From NCBI GenBank assembly GCA_017614395.1, contig JAGABX010000039.1, positions 982 to 64,981 on the forward strand: a DNA stretch of 64,000 nucleotides, given 5' to 3'. This DNA is from Eubacterium sp. Lineage in GTDB: Bacteria > Bacillota > Clostridia > Lachnospirales > Lachnospiraceae. The position numbers were made by a program, and so were the translations under genes. The first letter of the stretch is position 1. Every line of letters begins with the position of its first letter. Positions 27,542 through 36,849 of this stretch are shown one piece after another. The notes below the pieces were generated by a model. That model did no database searches and had not been told where the DNA came from. It saw only the letters and a program-made list of their open reading frames with translations.

Positions 27542-29023
27542 ATGAAAAACTATGCAATCAAAATAGACTCCCTGAGAGCCGGTGACAAAACAATTCTTCA
27601 CGACATTGATGAAACAATTGAACCGGGCATCACTCTGATCGTCGGAAAAAGCGGCTCCGGAAAAACTGCGCTTGTCAGGCGGTTGGTGCCGAAACTGACA
27701 CAGGTCGGAGAACTGCAGGGAAGCGTAACATACGGAGATAAACCGATAAAGGATACAGAGGTCGGAACCATAGGCTATATCTCTCAGAACCCTGATAATC
27801 AACTGGTTTGTGATAAAGTATGGCATGAGCTTGCATTCGGTTTGGAATCAATGGGCGTTCGCGAGGGCCTGATCCGTAATCGTGTGGCGGAGGTCGCAAC
27901 TGTATTCGGGATAGATGAACTTTTTAATAAAAGAACCGATGAGTTGTCCGGCGGACAGAAACAGAAGGTAATTCTGGCGTCCGTGCTCTGCATGAATCCC
28001 GATGTGGTCGTGATGGACGAGCCGAGCTCGATGCTGGATCCAATCGCGACGAGGGAGTTTTTTGAGTTGGTCGTGAGACTGCATGAGGAACTCAGGATAT
28101 CGTTTATAATCGTTGAGCATAATATTGATTATCTGCTCTCACAAGCTGCCAAAACAATATATATGGACGAGGGAACCGTTATACAGAAAAAGCCGAAAAC
28201 AACGAGACAGAAACTTATTGAACTGCTGGGAGAACCCGGGACTCAGACGGTCGAACCCGAATGCGCGCAGGAGAGGCCTGTCTTTTTCAAACAGAGATCG
28301 ATCAGACGGCAGTATGACAGAAAACTCGCGCTGAATATTCCAAAACTTGAGCTGCACGAGGGCATCACCTGCCTGATCGGACCGAACGGCGCAGGCAAAA
28401 CAACCCTGGCCAAGGAGCTGTCCGGCTTTTTCGGGAAAAAGAAACTGCCCTCCGTTTGCATGATGCCGCAGGATGTCCTGACTATATTTGTTAAGGATAC
28501 AGTGAAGGAGGAGCTGTTGTGCATCGGTGATATCGGCGAGGACACTGAAACAGCTGATCATGAAAGATACAGCGACAATAGGGCAGTAGAGGAGAATAAT
28601 AGTGGCAGGGACAATAAATCCGATGTGCAGAAAATGATCAGATCGCTTTTGGAGCCGCATTTTGATTCCCATCCGCTCGATATTTCGGGAGGGGAACAGC
28701 ACATTCTGGCAGTCTGCAAAACGATGCTTCGGGGGACAGAACTGACAATCCTTGACGAGCCCACGAAGGGTATGGATGCGGAGACGAAAGAAATAATTAA
28801 GGAACTGATAATAAAGGGATTTGACGGAAGAAATGTAATCATAATCACTCATGATTTAGAGCTCGTTGCGGAGATCGCGGAGCATGTGATATTTATGTTT
28901 AACGGTGATATCGCGTCACAGGGCGAGGTGCATGACGTGCTGTGCGGCAACACTATGTATAAACCGGAAATATCCAAAATGTGGGAAGGAGCGGTACGTC
29001 CCACTGAGGTCAAGCGGAATTAG
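27542..29023 (+). CDS. Fused tandem ECF/ABC ATPase (EcfA1-EcfA2 type)
   Basis: Two nucleotide-binding domains are present: GKSGSGKTAL / LSGGQKQKV / VVVMDEPSS, and GPNGAGKTTL / ISGGEQHIL / ILDEPTKGMD. The ATG at 27542 follows AAGGAA. An alternative ATG lies at 27521. Confidence 0.85.
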   Translation: MKNYAIKIDSLRAGDKTILHDIDETIEPGITLIVGKSGSGKTALVRRLVPKLTQVGELQGSVTYGDKPIKDTEVGTIGYISQNPDNQLVCDKVWHELAFGLESMGVREGLIRNRVAEVATVFGIDELFNKRTDELSGGQKQKVILASVLCMNPDVVVMDEPSSMLDPIATREFFELVVRLHEELRISFIIVEHNIDYLLSQAAKTIYMDEGTVIQKKPKTTRQKLIELLGEPGTQTVEPECAQERPVFFKQRSIRRQYDRKLALNIPKLELHEGITCLIGPNGAGKTTLAKELSGFFGKKKLPSVCMMPQDVLTIFVKDTVKEELLCIGDIGEDTETADHERYSDNRAVEENNSGRDNKSDVQKMIRSLLEPHFDSHPLDISGGEQHILAVCKTMLRGTELTILDEPTKGMDAETKEIIKELIIKGFDGRNVIIITHDLELVAEIAEHVIFMFNGDIASQGEVHDVLCGNTMYKPEISKMWEGAVRPTEVKRN

Positions 29024-29098
29024 AACAGGTCGACCAAGCGTGACTGAATCGCATAACCTCAAGTCGAAAAGTCGTTGTACGGATATTGATCAGAAGTA

Positions 29099-29740
29099 TT
29101 GCGAGAAGGGAGCAGTCGTTTGTACGGAAGCAAGAGCATATTAGTCGATAATTATTACCTGATCAGCCTGCTGATAATAGCGGCAGGCATAGTTATCACT
29201 GCGCTCTACTACAGGCGGCGGATGAATGCGAGGGAACTCGTCCTCATAACTTCATTGTCCGCTCTGATTGCGATCTCCCGGGGCGTCATGGCGTGGGCAC
29301 CGGAGGTTAAACCTGTGTCAGCATTAGTGATTACGATCGCATCAATATTCGGTCCCGTGCCGGGCATGATTATAGGTGCGCTGTCCGCGTTCCTCTCCAA
29401 CTTTTTAATAGGACAGGGACCGTGGACGCCGTTCCAGATCATCGCGTGGGCGTTGATGGGATACATTGGCGGGTTCCTCGACACTGACAATAAATATAAG
29501 CCAATGCTGGTTTCGATTCCTCTGGTTCTCGGCGTTTATTCAGTGTCGGTAAATATTGCTTCGGCTATACTGATCACCGGGTCGTTCACCTGGGATTCAT
29601 TCGTTGCGATGGAGATTTCGGGATTTCCACTGGACTGCGTGCATACCGGATTTACCGTGATTCTGTTGTATTTCATCTGGAATCCGCTCAGGAAAAAGCT
29701 GATGCGGATGCGGACGAAATACGGAATTCTGCGGAGATAG
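29099..29740 (+). CDS. Putative ECF substrate-capture (S) component
   Basis: Small protein of about 6 TM helices directly after the ECF ATPase. Motif FLIGQGPWTPFQIIAWALMGYIGG. The start is TTG at 29099, or TTG at 29120 (7 nt after GAAGGGAG). Confidence 0.55.
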   Translation: MREGSSRLYGSKSILVDNYYLISLLIIAAGIVITALYYRRRMNARELVLITSLSALIAISRGVMAWAPEVKPVSALVITIASIFGPVPGMIIGALSAFLSNFLIGQGPWTPFQIIAWALMGYIGGFLDTDNKYKPMLVSIPLVLGVYSVSVNIASAILITGSFTWDSFVAMEISGFPLDCVHTGFTVILLYFIWNPLRKKLMRMRTKYGILRR

Positions 29741-29744
29741 ATCG

Positions 29745-29954
29745 TTATAACAATAACGATGAAATCTTACTTTCCGCTTCTTCGACATCATTACAGCCGT
29801 GAATAATCATTATGATCATTCGAAGGAAACTGTTAAACTGGTGATCTGTCAGAGAATCTATTTCATTTTTTTTGAGTTTTTTTACGTATGGATTTTTTAT
29901 CGCCTTGCTAAAATCAAACTCTTTTTCTAATAATTCATCATCAATATCACTCAT
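29745..29954 (-). CDS. Putative antitoxin partner of BrnT (atypical)
   Basis: The N-terminus FDFSKAIKNPYVKKLKK resembles BrnA-family N-termini. The ORF overlaps the brnT stop by 4 nt (ATGA). The C-terminal half does not look like the usual RHH region. Confidence 0.5.
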   Translation of the reverse strand: MSDIDDELLEKEFDFSKAIKNPYVKKLKKNEIDSLTDHQFNSFLRMIIMIIHGCNDVEEAESKISSLLL

Positions 29955-30244
29955 GATCCAACACTCCTTTCATATTCTTTTTGTTCGTAAGATGTAGATC
30001 TTCTTGCCGAAATAATTCGGATAATATCCTCGTCTCTGATACAGTGAACCACAAGAAGAATATTTCCCTTATCACTGCAACCGAGAATTCGGAATCTGTC
30101 TTCTGATTCAGAATGATTCTCGTCGTATTCTAACAGTGCGTTTTCATCATAAAAAACTGTCTTTGCTTCTCGGAATGATATCCCGTGTTTTTCTTGGTTT
30201 ATAAGATCCTTTTGGCTGTCCCATTCGAATGAAAGCATCATCAT
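29951..30244 (-). CDS. brnT: BrnT-family (DUF497) ribonuclease toxin
   Basis: FEWDSQKDLINQEKHGISFREAKTVFYD...RFRILGCSDKGNILLVVHCIRDEDIIRIISARRST matches the DUF497 pattern. Confidence 0.8.
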   Translation of the reverse strand: MMMLSFEWDSQKDLINQEKHGISFREAKTVFYDENALLEYDENHSESEDRFRILGCSDKGNILLVVHCIRDEDIIRIISARRSTSYEQKEYERSVGS

Positions 30245-30344
30245 AAAACCTCCTTAATGTAATTATAAAGATATGGGAAACATATTTCAAGTTTTTTTTT
30301 GTGTCAAAATAATGACGATTACGCGTATCGTCCATAAAAAGCGC

Positions 30345-30373
30345 TTGCGCAAGCAGGGGCTTTGCTGTATAAT
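30345..30373 (+). promoter_or_regulatory. Sigma-A type promoter for the hybrid kinase operon
   Basis: TTGCGC (30345-30350), a 17-nt spacer, then TATAAT (30368-30373). Confidence 0.45.
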
Positions 30374-30450
30374 AGGTGCTGTGTAACAAGACTTTCCGCA
30401 TCTTGAAAAGTGGCAGGCATGAATAGCAGGGGCAACGAAAGGAGGTCGAC

Positions 30451-33396
30451 ATGAGCCAGCTGCATAGTGTTGTAATGGTTATCCAGATAATCAGCATAGT
30501 TGTTGTATTCATAGAGTGTTGGGTTGCGTTCAGGAACTGGCGGAGCAAGGCTCAGGCATACCTTTTTTTCGCGTGCATAACTACTCTGGTCAACGATGCG
30601 GCGTACCTGATGGAGATGACATCCCGAAACAAGGAGCAGGCGTTTACATCGCTGCAGATGTCCTATCTGGGCAAGACATGGACAGGCTTTTTTATGCTCC
30701 TTTTTATAGCGGAACTGACAGGGTTTACGATACCGCGCGTTGTCAAGGTCATTCTCGGAATCATAAACACTGCAACCTATATCGCTGTATTCACGACAAA
30801 AACAACGGGACTGTATTACCAAAGCACCCTGTTTGCGCTGAACGGTGATCTGGTGGTTTTGACGAAAAAGCCCGGGATATGGTATCATTTCTGGACGGGC
30901 ATGATGGTGTTTTATACACTGTTCGGAATAGTGATGCTCATCATAACGTTAACGAGGGAAAAAAGCGCTATAGTGAAAAAGCGTGTCTGGCTCGTCCTGC
31001 TCTCATTGATCATACAGGGAGGATGCGTTGTCATTCAGATGCTGAGGCTTTTTCCGATCTGTGATTATTACGACCTCACCATGGCATCATTTCCTATCGG
31101 TGGGATCCTCGTTCTGGTTGCCATATTCAAATACAGGTTGTTTGATGCTGAGGGACTCGCGAGGAAATACGTTGATGACGAGTTGTCCGAGGGAATCATA
31201 GCCATAGATAACAGCGGCAGGGTAGGATTCAGCAATGCTACGGCTCGGGAACTTTTTCCGAAACTGACAATCAATCCGCGAAAAACAACTGATAAGATCG
31301 ATCAGGCTATCGAGACGGACAATCTGTTGTACCTGAATGACAGGATTTACACGCCGTCATCACAGGAACTAATACAAAAAGGTCAATCGGTCGGCAGGCT
31401 GTATGTGCTGAAGGACGACACCGAGCATTACAATTACATGGCGGAGCTGTCAGAGCAAAAACAGATAGCGGACGATGCGAACAAGGCAAAATCGCTTTTT
31501 CTCGCAAGCATGTCTCATGAGATCAGGACACCGATCAACGCGGTGCTCGGAATGGACGAGATGATCCTGCGTGAGAGCCGGGAACCGGATACGCTGTCAT
31601 ATGCGGGTGACATCCGGACGGCGGGGCAGACGCTCCTTTCGCTGATAAATGACATACTTGATTTTTCCAAAATAGAGGAAGGCCGGATGGAGATACTGCC
31701 GACGCAGTATGAACTGTCCTCGATGATAAACGACCTCGTGAATATGATCAGGAGTCGTGCAGAGAAAAAGGATTTGCAGTTTGAGGTTGAGGTCGATCAG
31801 GATATTCCGTGCACGCTGTATGGTGACGAGATCAGGATCAAGCAGGTGGTGCTGAACCTCCTGACTAATGCCGTGAAGTATACGGAAAAAGGATCAGTAA
31901 AACTGGAGGTCGGGTACCGGCGGGCTGACTCCGGCCAAATTATCCTATCTTTCCGTGTTACAGACACCGGCATCGGAATGAAGGAGGAGGACATGAACAG
32001 GCTGTTCTCTCCATTCGAGCGTATCGAGGAGGTCAGGAACCGTTCCGTCGAGGGCACGGGACTTGGGATGAGCATCGTGAAACAGCTCCTCGAACTGATG
32101 GACAGTCAGCTGGATGTAAATAGTGTTTACGGCGAGGGATCGGAGTTTTCATTTGAACTGCGCCAGGGCGTTGTGAATGACGAGCCGATCGGGGATTATT
32201 CGGCACGGTATGAGGCAGCGGCGAATGAAGTATATCACGAACTTTTTCACGCACCATCAGCCCGTATCCTGGTTGTCGATGATAATGAAACAAACCTTGC
32301 GGTTATCAAAAATCTGTTAAAAAGGACGCAGATTCAGATCGATACCGCAACATCGGGACGCGAGGCGATAGGGCTGGCTGCGGCGAAACTGTCAGAGTCT
32401 GCAAAATCGTCAGAGCAGCCTGATTCTTCACAGTCGGATGAGTCCGCGGAGCAAACAGGGACTAATCACAGAGGATATGATATTATTCTTATCGACCATA
32501 TGATGCCCGACATGGACGGAATTGAGACTCTGCAACACCTGAAAAAGCAAGCTGTTGAATCAGAGATTTCCGGTCTCGCTGAATCTTATGATCATACGAG
32601 CAAAAGAACAACAAACGATTTGCCCGATCAGACAGTATATATCGCTCTGACAGCGAATGCGGTATCAGGTGCGCGGGAGATGTATTTATCTGCCGGATTT
32701 GACGATTATCTGACGAAGCCCGTGGACGGTTCCGTGCTGGAGACGACGTTGCGGCGCTATCTCCCGGCGGAAAAAGTTTTGCCGGCGGATGGTGCAGACG
32801 TATCTGCCGGGGAGGATTCACTCCCAGACTGGCTGACACGGATTCCGGAGCTCGACATGACAGAGGGATTGCGATACGGCGCGACACCGGATGGCTACAT
32901 TTCGATCCTGAAGGTATTCCATAGGACAGCGGAACAGAAAATGCAGGAGATACGCGATAACTATGAGAATGAAAACATCGGTGACTACACGATTGAGGTT
33001 CATGCATTAAAAAGCTCGGCGCGTATGATAGGCGCCACAGAAATATCAGCATTGGCAAAACAACTTGAGGATGCGGGCAAATCCGGCGATATGGACTTCA
33101 TTCATGACAATACGGACAGATTGCTGACCATGTACCGGGAACTCGATGAAAAACTAATTCCTCTCGATGAGAAAAAACTTGCGGAGGATATTTCGGATAA
33201 ACGTTTAGATGAGGCGTTCCGGACAATCGGTGAGATCGCGGAGAGCATGGATTACGGGCTGATGGAGGAGCTGCTGGACAGCCTGCGCGGATATCGGATG
33301 TCATCGGATGATGAGGAACGGCTCACAGAGATATCATCAGCATTGACACAGCTCGACTGGGATGCTATCATGGATATTGTCAAAGAAAGGAAATAA
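30451..33396 (+). CDS. Hybrid sensor histidine kinase (7TM sensor, PAS-like, HisKA, HATPase, REC with insertions, HPt)
   Basis: Multi-TM N-terminus. H-box SMSHEIRTPINAVLG. N/G boxes LTNAVKYT and DTGIGM...GTGLGMSI. REC ILVVDDNETNL...ILIDHMMPDMDG...LTKPV. C-terminal HPt HALKSSARMIGA. Confidence 0.9.
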   Translation: MSQLHSVVMVIQIISIVVVFIECWVAFRNWRSKAQAYLFFACITTLVNDAAYLMEMTSRNKEQAFTSLQMSYLGKTWTGFFMLLFIAELTGFTIPRVVKVILGIINTATYIAVFTTKTTGLYYQSTLFALNGDLVVLTKKPGIWYHFWTGMMVFYTLFGIVMLIITLTREKSAIVKKRVWLVLLSLIIQGGCVVIQMLRLFPICDYYDLTMASFPIGGILVLVAIFKYRLFDAEGLARKYVDDELSEGIIAIDNSGRVGFSNATARELFPKLTINPRKTTDKIDQAIETDNLLYLNDRIYTPSSQELIQKGQSVGRLYVLKDDTEHYNYMAELSEQKQIADDANKAKSLFLASMSHEIRTPINAVLGMDEMILRESREPDTLSYAGDIRTAGQTLLSLINDILDFSKIEEGRMEILPTQYELSSMINDLVNMIRSRAEKKDLQFEVEVDQDIPCTLYGDEIRIKQVVLNLLTNAVKYTEKGSVKLEVGYRRADSGQIILSFRVTDTGIGMKEEDMNRLFSPFERIEEVRNRSVEGTGLGMSIVKQLLELMDSQLDVNSVYGEGSEFSFELRQGVVNDEPIGDYSARYEAAANEVYHELFHAPSARILVVDDNETNLAVIKNLLKRTQIQIDTATSGREAIGLAAAKLSESAKSSEQPDSSQSDESAEQTGTNHRGYDIILIDHMMPDMDGIETLQHLKKQAVESEISGLAESYDHTSKRTTNDLPDQTVYIALTANAVSGAREMYLSAGFDDYLTKPVDGSVLETTLRRYLPAEKVLPADGADVSAGEDSLPDWLTRIPELDMTEGLRYGATPDGYISILKVFHRTAEQKMQEIRDNYENENIGDYTIEVHALKSSARMIGATEISALAKQLEDAGKSGDMDFIHDNTDRLLTMYRELDEKLIPLDEKKLAEDISDKRLDEAFRTIGEIAESMDYGLMEELLDSLRGYRMSSDDEERLTEISSALTQLDWDAIMDIVKERK

Positions 33397-33398
33397 AA

Positions 33399-34154
33399 AT
33401 GGATAAAAACGAATTAGTTGCTATCATCAGTCCGTCGGACAGTTTTCTGGCGCACAGCCTGATTTCAAAAATCGAGGCGGTCGGGTTCGGAACCTTTTTC
33501 TCGCATGGCACGATCAAGGAAATCGAACCGATGAGGGATGATATCGAGCTGTTCATCTTTTTCTCGGACGGAGAGGCCGAGGAGATGACGGAAACGCTGG
33601 TTTATCTGAAGGATCTGGCAAATGACCTCGACAGAAAAATAATTATCATAGGCGATTCGGGCGAGCACGATCCGGCGTTCAAGATCATCCCTGAGCAGTT
33701 GGTTTACGCGAGCTTCAGCCGGCCGCTTGTTATGGATGATCTGGTAAAAAGTATCTCAACATACATGGAGGCGAACACCGGCGAAAATGCGAAGAAAACC
33801 ATCCTGATCGTGGACGACGACCTGACATATATGCGGACGGTCTGTGAATGGCTCAAGGAGGATTATCATGTCGGTATGGCGTCGAATGGCGTGCAGGCGA
33901 TCAGCTACCTGGCGAGGAACAAGGCGGATCTGGTGCTGCTCGATTATGAGATGCCGGTGGCTAACGGACCGCAGGTGCTCCAGATGCTGAAGGATGAATC
34001 CGAGACGGGCCACATTCCGGTGATGTTCCTGACCAGCCACGGCGACCGCGAGAGCGTCCTGTCGGTTGCGGGTCTTCGTCCGGCGGACTACCTGCTGAAA
34101 ACCATCGACAAACCGAAACTGCTGGAGAAGCTGAGGAACTTTTTCAACAAATAG
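33399..34154 (+). CDS. REC-only response regulator with N-terminal pseudo-receiver-like domain
   Basis: ILIVDDDLTYMR...LVLLDYEMPVANG...LLKTIDKP. No output domain is present. The start lies 3 nt after the kinase stop. Confidence 0.8.
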   Translation: MDKNELVAIISPSDSFLAHSLISKIEAVGFGTFFSHGTIKEIEPMRDDIELFIFFSDGEAEEMTETLVYLKDLANDLDRKIIIIGDSGEHDPAFKIIPEQLVYASFSRPLVMDDLVKSISTYMEANTGENAKKTILIVDDDLTYMRTVCEWLKEDYHVGMASNGVQAISYLARNKADLVLLDYEMPVANGPQVLQMLKDESETGHIPVMFLTSHGDRESVLSVAGLRPADYLLKTIDKPKLLEKLRNFFNK

Positions 34155-34163
34155 TATTTGGCG

Positions 34164-34233
34164 AAAACTATAAACAGGTATAAAAGATAAAAAAAACTAT
34201 AAACGATTACATAAAAACGCCAAAACTATAAAC
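34164..34233 (+). repeat. Three phased direct repeats AAAACTATAAAC (29-bp period) upstream of fic
   Basis: Copies at 34164-34175, 34193-34204 and 34222-34233, with a partial fourth copy at 34234-34243. Confidence 0.8.
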
Positions 34234-34291
34234 AACTATAAAAGGAATAGCATTTAATGCATAAAATCTCTATAATCTTTATGCATTAACC

Positions 34292-34330
34292 CTTGACATT
34301 CTGCATAAAAAGTGATAGATTATTATGCAG
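34292..34330 (+). promoter_or_regulatory. Extended -10 promoter embedded in an inverted repeat (operator) for fic
   Basis: The layout is TTGACA (34293-34298), a 17-nt spacer, then TG-a-TAGATT. CTGCATAA (34301-34308) and TTATGCAG (34323-34330) form the inverted repeat. A second palindrome, TTAATGCATAAA/TTTATGCATTAA, lies at 34254-34289. Confidence 0.5.
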
Positions 34331-34344
34331 AAAGGAATTCTGAT

Positions 34345-35391
34345 ATGCATATATATGATTACAGTTTTTTAGATAATGGAATGCTTCCGGCGAGCCTGGT
34401 TGGTTTAACTGCGAATATTTATCTGTTGGGAGAGAAGACAGACTGGCAGAAGGAGAATTTCGAAGAAGTCTTTACAGAACTGTCCTATATAGCGAGAGTT
34501 CAGTCAGTTAAAAGTTCCAACGAGATCGAGGGCATCGTCACAACTGATGAAAGGATTCAAAGCATAGTTAGCGGAAACACGGCGCCTGTCGGGCATAATG
34601 AGCAGGAGATTGCCGGATATCGCGATGCACTTTCTATAGTTCACACAGAGCATGAACATCTGGATTTCAGTGATGCGGATATCAGGCGCCTGCATCAGGT
34701 AATGTTAAATATCGCAGGATATGCATACGCCGGGGAGTACAAGGATGTGGACAATGACATCATGGAAACGGACATTGACGGACATCGGCGGATTCGTTTC
34801 TCTCCTGTATCGGCGAGGGAAACGGCATATAATATGGAACAGTTGATACTGGCTTACCGCGATGCCAGGGACAATCCGAACATAAATCAGCTTCTGCTGA
34901 TCCCATGCGTGATCCTTGATTTTCTTTGCATACATCCGTTTCGTGACGGAAACGGCAGGATTTCCAGATTGCTTTCCCTTCTCCTATTATATAAAAACGG
35001 ATTTGATGTAGGCAAGTATATTTCATTTGAAGAACAGATAAACAAACGAAAAGGTAACTATTATAAAGCATTAAAGGATTCCTCAATCGGGTGGCACGAC
35101 AATGAAAATGATTCGTCCGGGTTCATAATGGAATTCCTGATCACTTTATACAAATGCTACGAGGAACTGAACTCCCGTTTTGCAGTAATAGATGGGAGAA
35201 AGCATACGAAGCAGGCAAGGATAGAGGCAGCCGTGTTGAATAGTACTGTTCCGATTTCAAAATCCGAACTCGCTAAACGCTACCCGGATGTCAGTACAAC
35301 AACCATAGAGAGTGTTCTCGGCAACATGATTCGGGATAATAAGATAAAAAAAGTAGGGAATGGCAGGAATACTGAGTATATACGGGTATGA
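34345..35391 (+). CDS. fic: Fic-family protein (AMPylase-type fold) with C-terminal winged-helix-like region
   Basis: Canonical Fic motif HPFRDGNGRISR. The track ORF begins at 34312. The ATG at 34345 (MHIYDY) is equally plausible. Confidence 0.85.
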   Translation: MHIYDYSFLDNGMLPASLVGLTANIYLLGEKTDWQKENFEEVFTELSYIARVQSVKSSNEIEGIVTTDERIQSIVSGNTAPVGHNEQEIAGYRDALSIVHTEHEHLDFSDADIRRLHQVMLNIAGYAYAGEYKDVDNDIMETDIDGHRRIRFSPVSARETAYNMEQLILAYRDARDNPNINQLLLIPCVILDFLCIHPFRDGNGRISRLLSLLLLYKNGFDVGKYISFEEQINKRKGNYYKALKDSSIGWHDNENDSSGFIMEFLITLYKCYEELNSRFAVIDGRKHTKQARIEAAVLNSTVPISKSELAKRYPDVSTTTIESVLGNMIRDNKIKKVGNGRNTEYIRV

Positions 35392-35403
35392 CCGACGTTT
35401 TCG

Positions 35404-35478
35404 GAAAAATGTGATAGAGCCATCAAATTAACCCCGAAAAATGTGATTTTTAGCCTTGAAAAACCCTGAAAAATGTGA
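35404..35478 (+). repeat. Three phased direct repeats GAAAAATGTGA (32-bp period) downstream of fic
   Basis: Copies at 35404-35414, 35436-35446 and 35468-35478. Confidence 0.8.
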
Positions 35479-35585
35479 CAGAGGACTCGCTAGTCCCTAT
35501 TTTATGGCATTTCTTTTAAAAAGGGTTCTGAGGGGAAACTTGTTTTAAATATGAGTTTATGATATCATGGATATCGGAGGAGTTT

Positions 35586-36683
35586 ATGAAGATACCATTC
35601 GTCAGTTTTTTACCAATGGAAAGAGAGCTTGAGAGCGAACTACGCGCGGCGTTTGACCGTGTGTTTTCCGCGTCCTGGTATATTCTCGGACGTGAGGATG
35701 AGGCTTTTGAGAGTGAGTTTGCGGAGTATATCGGCGTGGAGCATGCCATCGGTGTCGGGAATGGGCTGGACGCCCTGATGCTCGCGCTGAAGGCGTTGGG
35801 TATAGGTGAGGGTGATGAGGTGATCGTTCCGTCGAACACCTATATCGCTACTGCGCTGGCGGTGACCTATGTCGGTGCGACGCCGGTTTTTGTCGAGCCG
35901 GACATCCGGACGTATAACATTGATCCGGCGAGGATCGAGGTGGCAATCACGGATCGTACACGCGCGATTATGCCGGTTCATCTGTACGGGCAGGCGTGCG
36001 ACATGGATCCGATTATGGAGATTGCCGGGCGTCATGGATTGTATGTGGTCGAGGATTGCGCGCAGGCGCATGGTGCAAAATATAAGGGCAGAAAAGTAGG
36101 TACATTTGGCGATGCCGCTGGGTTCAGTTTCTATCCCGGTAAAAATCTCGGTGCCCTCGGTGACGGCGGTGCTACCGTTACAAATAATGCAGACATAGCA
36201 GAAAAAGTAAGGGCTATCGGAAACTATGGTTCTGACTATAAATACCACCATATTTACAAGGGTAATAACAGCCGGCTGGACGAGATGCAGGCTGCTTTTT
36301 TGCGGGTTAAATTAGAACATCTCGACAGGATGAATGCTGATCGTCGCAGGATTGCCGATAGGTATCTGAATGAGTTCCATAACGACAAAATAATCCTGCC
36401 GTATGTCTCACCGGACTGCGAGCATGTCTGGCATGTGTTCGCGATCAGATGCCCGGATGATCGTGACGCCCTGGAAAAATACTTAAACGACCACGGCATC
36501 GGAACAAACAAGCACTATCCGATTCCGATTCACCGGCAGGAGTGCTATTGCGACCTGGATATTCCGGAGGGGGCATTGCCGCTGGCTGAGGAGATCAGCG
36601 CTACCGAGCTCAGCCTGCCGATGTATTACGGGATGACTGATGAGGAAGTACAATATGTGATTGATAGAATTAACGAATTTTAG
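35586..36683 (+). CDS. DegT/DnrJ/EryC1/StrS-family sugar aminotransferase (FdtB/QdtB-like candidate)
   Basis: The PLP sugar-aminotransferase pattern is present ([50 protein letters not shown]). The ATG at 35586 follows GGAGGAG. Confidence 0.85.
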   Translation: MKIPFVSFLPMERELESELRAAFDRVFSASWYILGREDEAFESEFAEYIGVEHAIGVGNGLDALMLALKALGIGEGDEVIVPSNTYIATALAVTYVGATPVFVEPDIRTYNIDPARIEVAITDRTRAIMPVHLYGQACDMDPIMEIAGRHGLYVVEDCAQAHGAKYKGRKVGTFGDAAGFSFYPGKNLGALGDGGATVTNNADIAEKVRAIGNYGSDYKYHHIYKGNNSRLDEMQAAFLRVKLEHLDRMNADRRRIADRYLNEFHNDKIILPYVSPDCEHVWHVFAIRCPDDRDALEKYLNDHGIGTNKHYPIPIHRQECYCDLDIPEGALPLAEEISATELSLPMYYGMTDEEVQYVIDRINEF

Positions 36684-36849
36684 TTGTATTATTGAGTATA
36701 ACGATTTTTTACGGTATAAGAAATAGACATCAAATACGGATCAATTTGAACGGAGTGTAATGGAATTAGTGACAGAGAATATATTTTATTGTATAATGAA
36801 TTATGAAAAACCAGAGTCAATATTAAAGATAAAAAAATGGAGGAGAAAA

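Noticed and set aside
28139-28852. 237-aa minus-strand ORF inside the tandem ATPase gene
   Set aside because: It is antisense to a CDS with two complete sets of Walker/signature motifs. It is a shadow ORF.
30147-30888. 133-aa and 189-aa minus-strand ORFs spanning the brnT/kinase intergenic region
   Set aside because: They overlap brnT, the kinase promoter and the kinase N-terminus. They have no motifs and no ribosome-binding sites. The sense genes explain the region.
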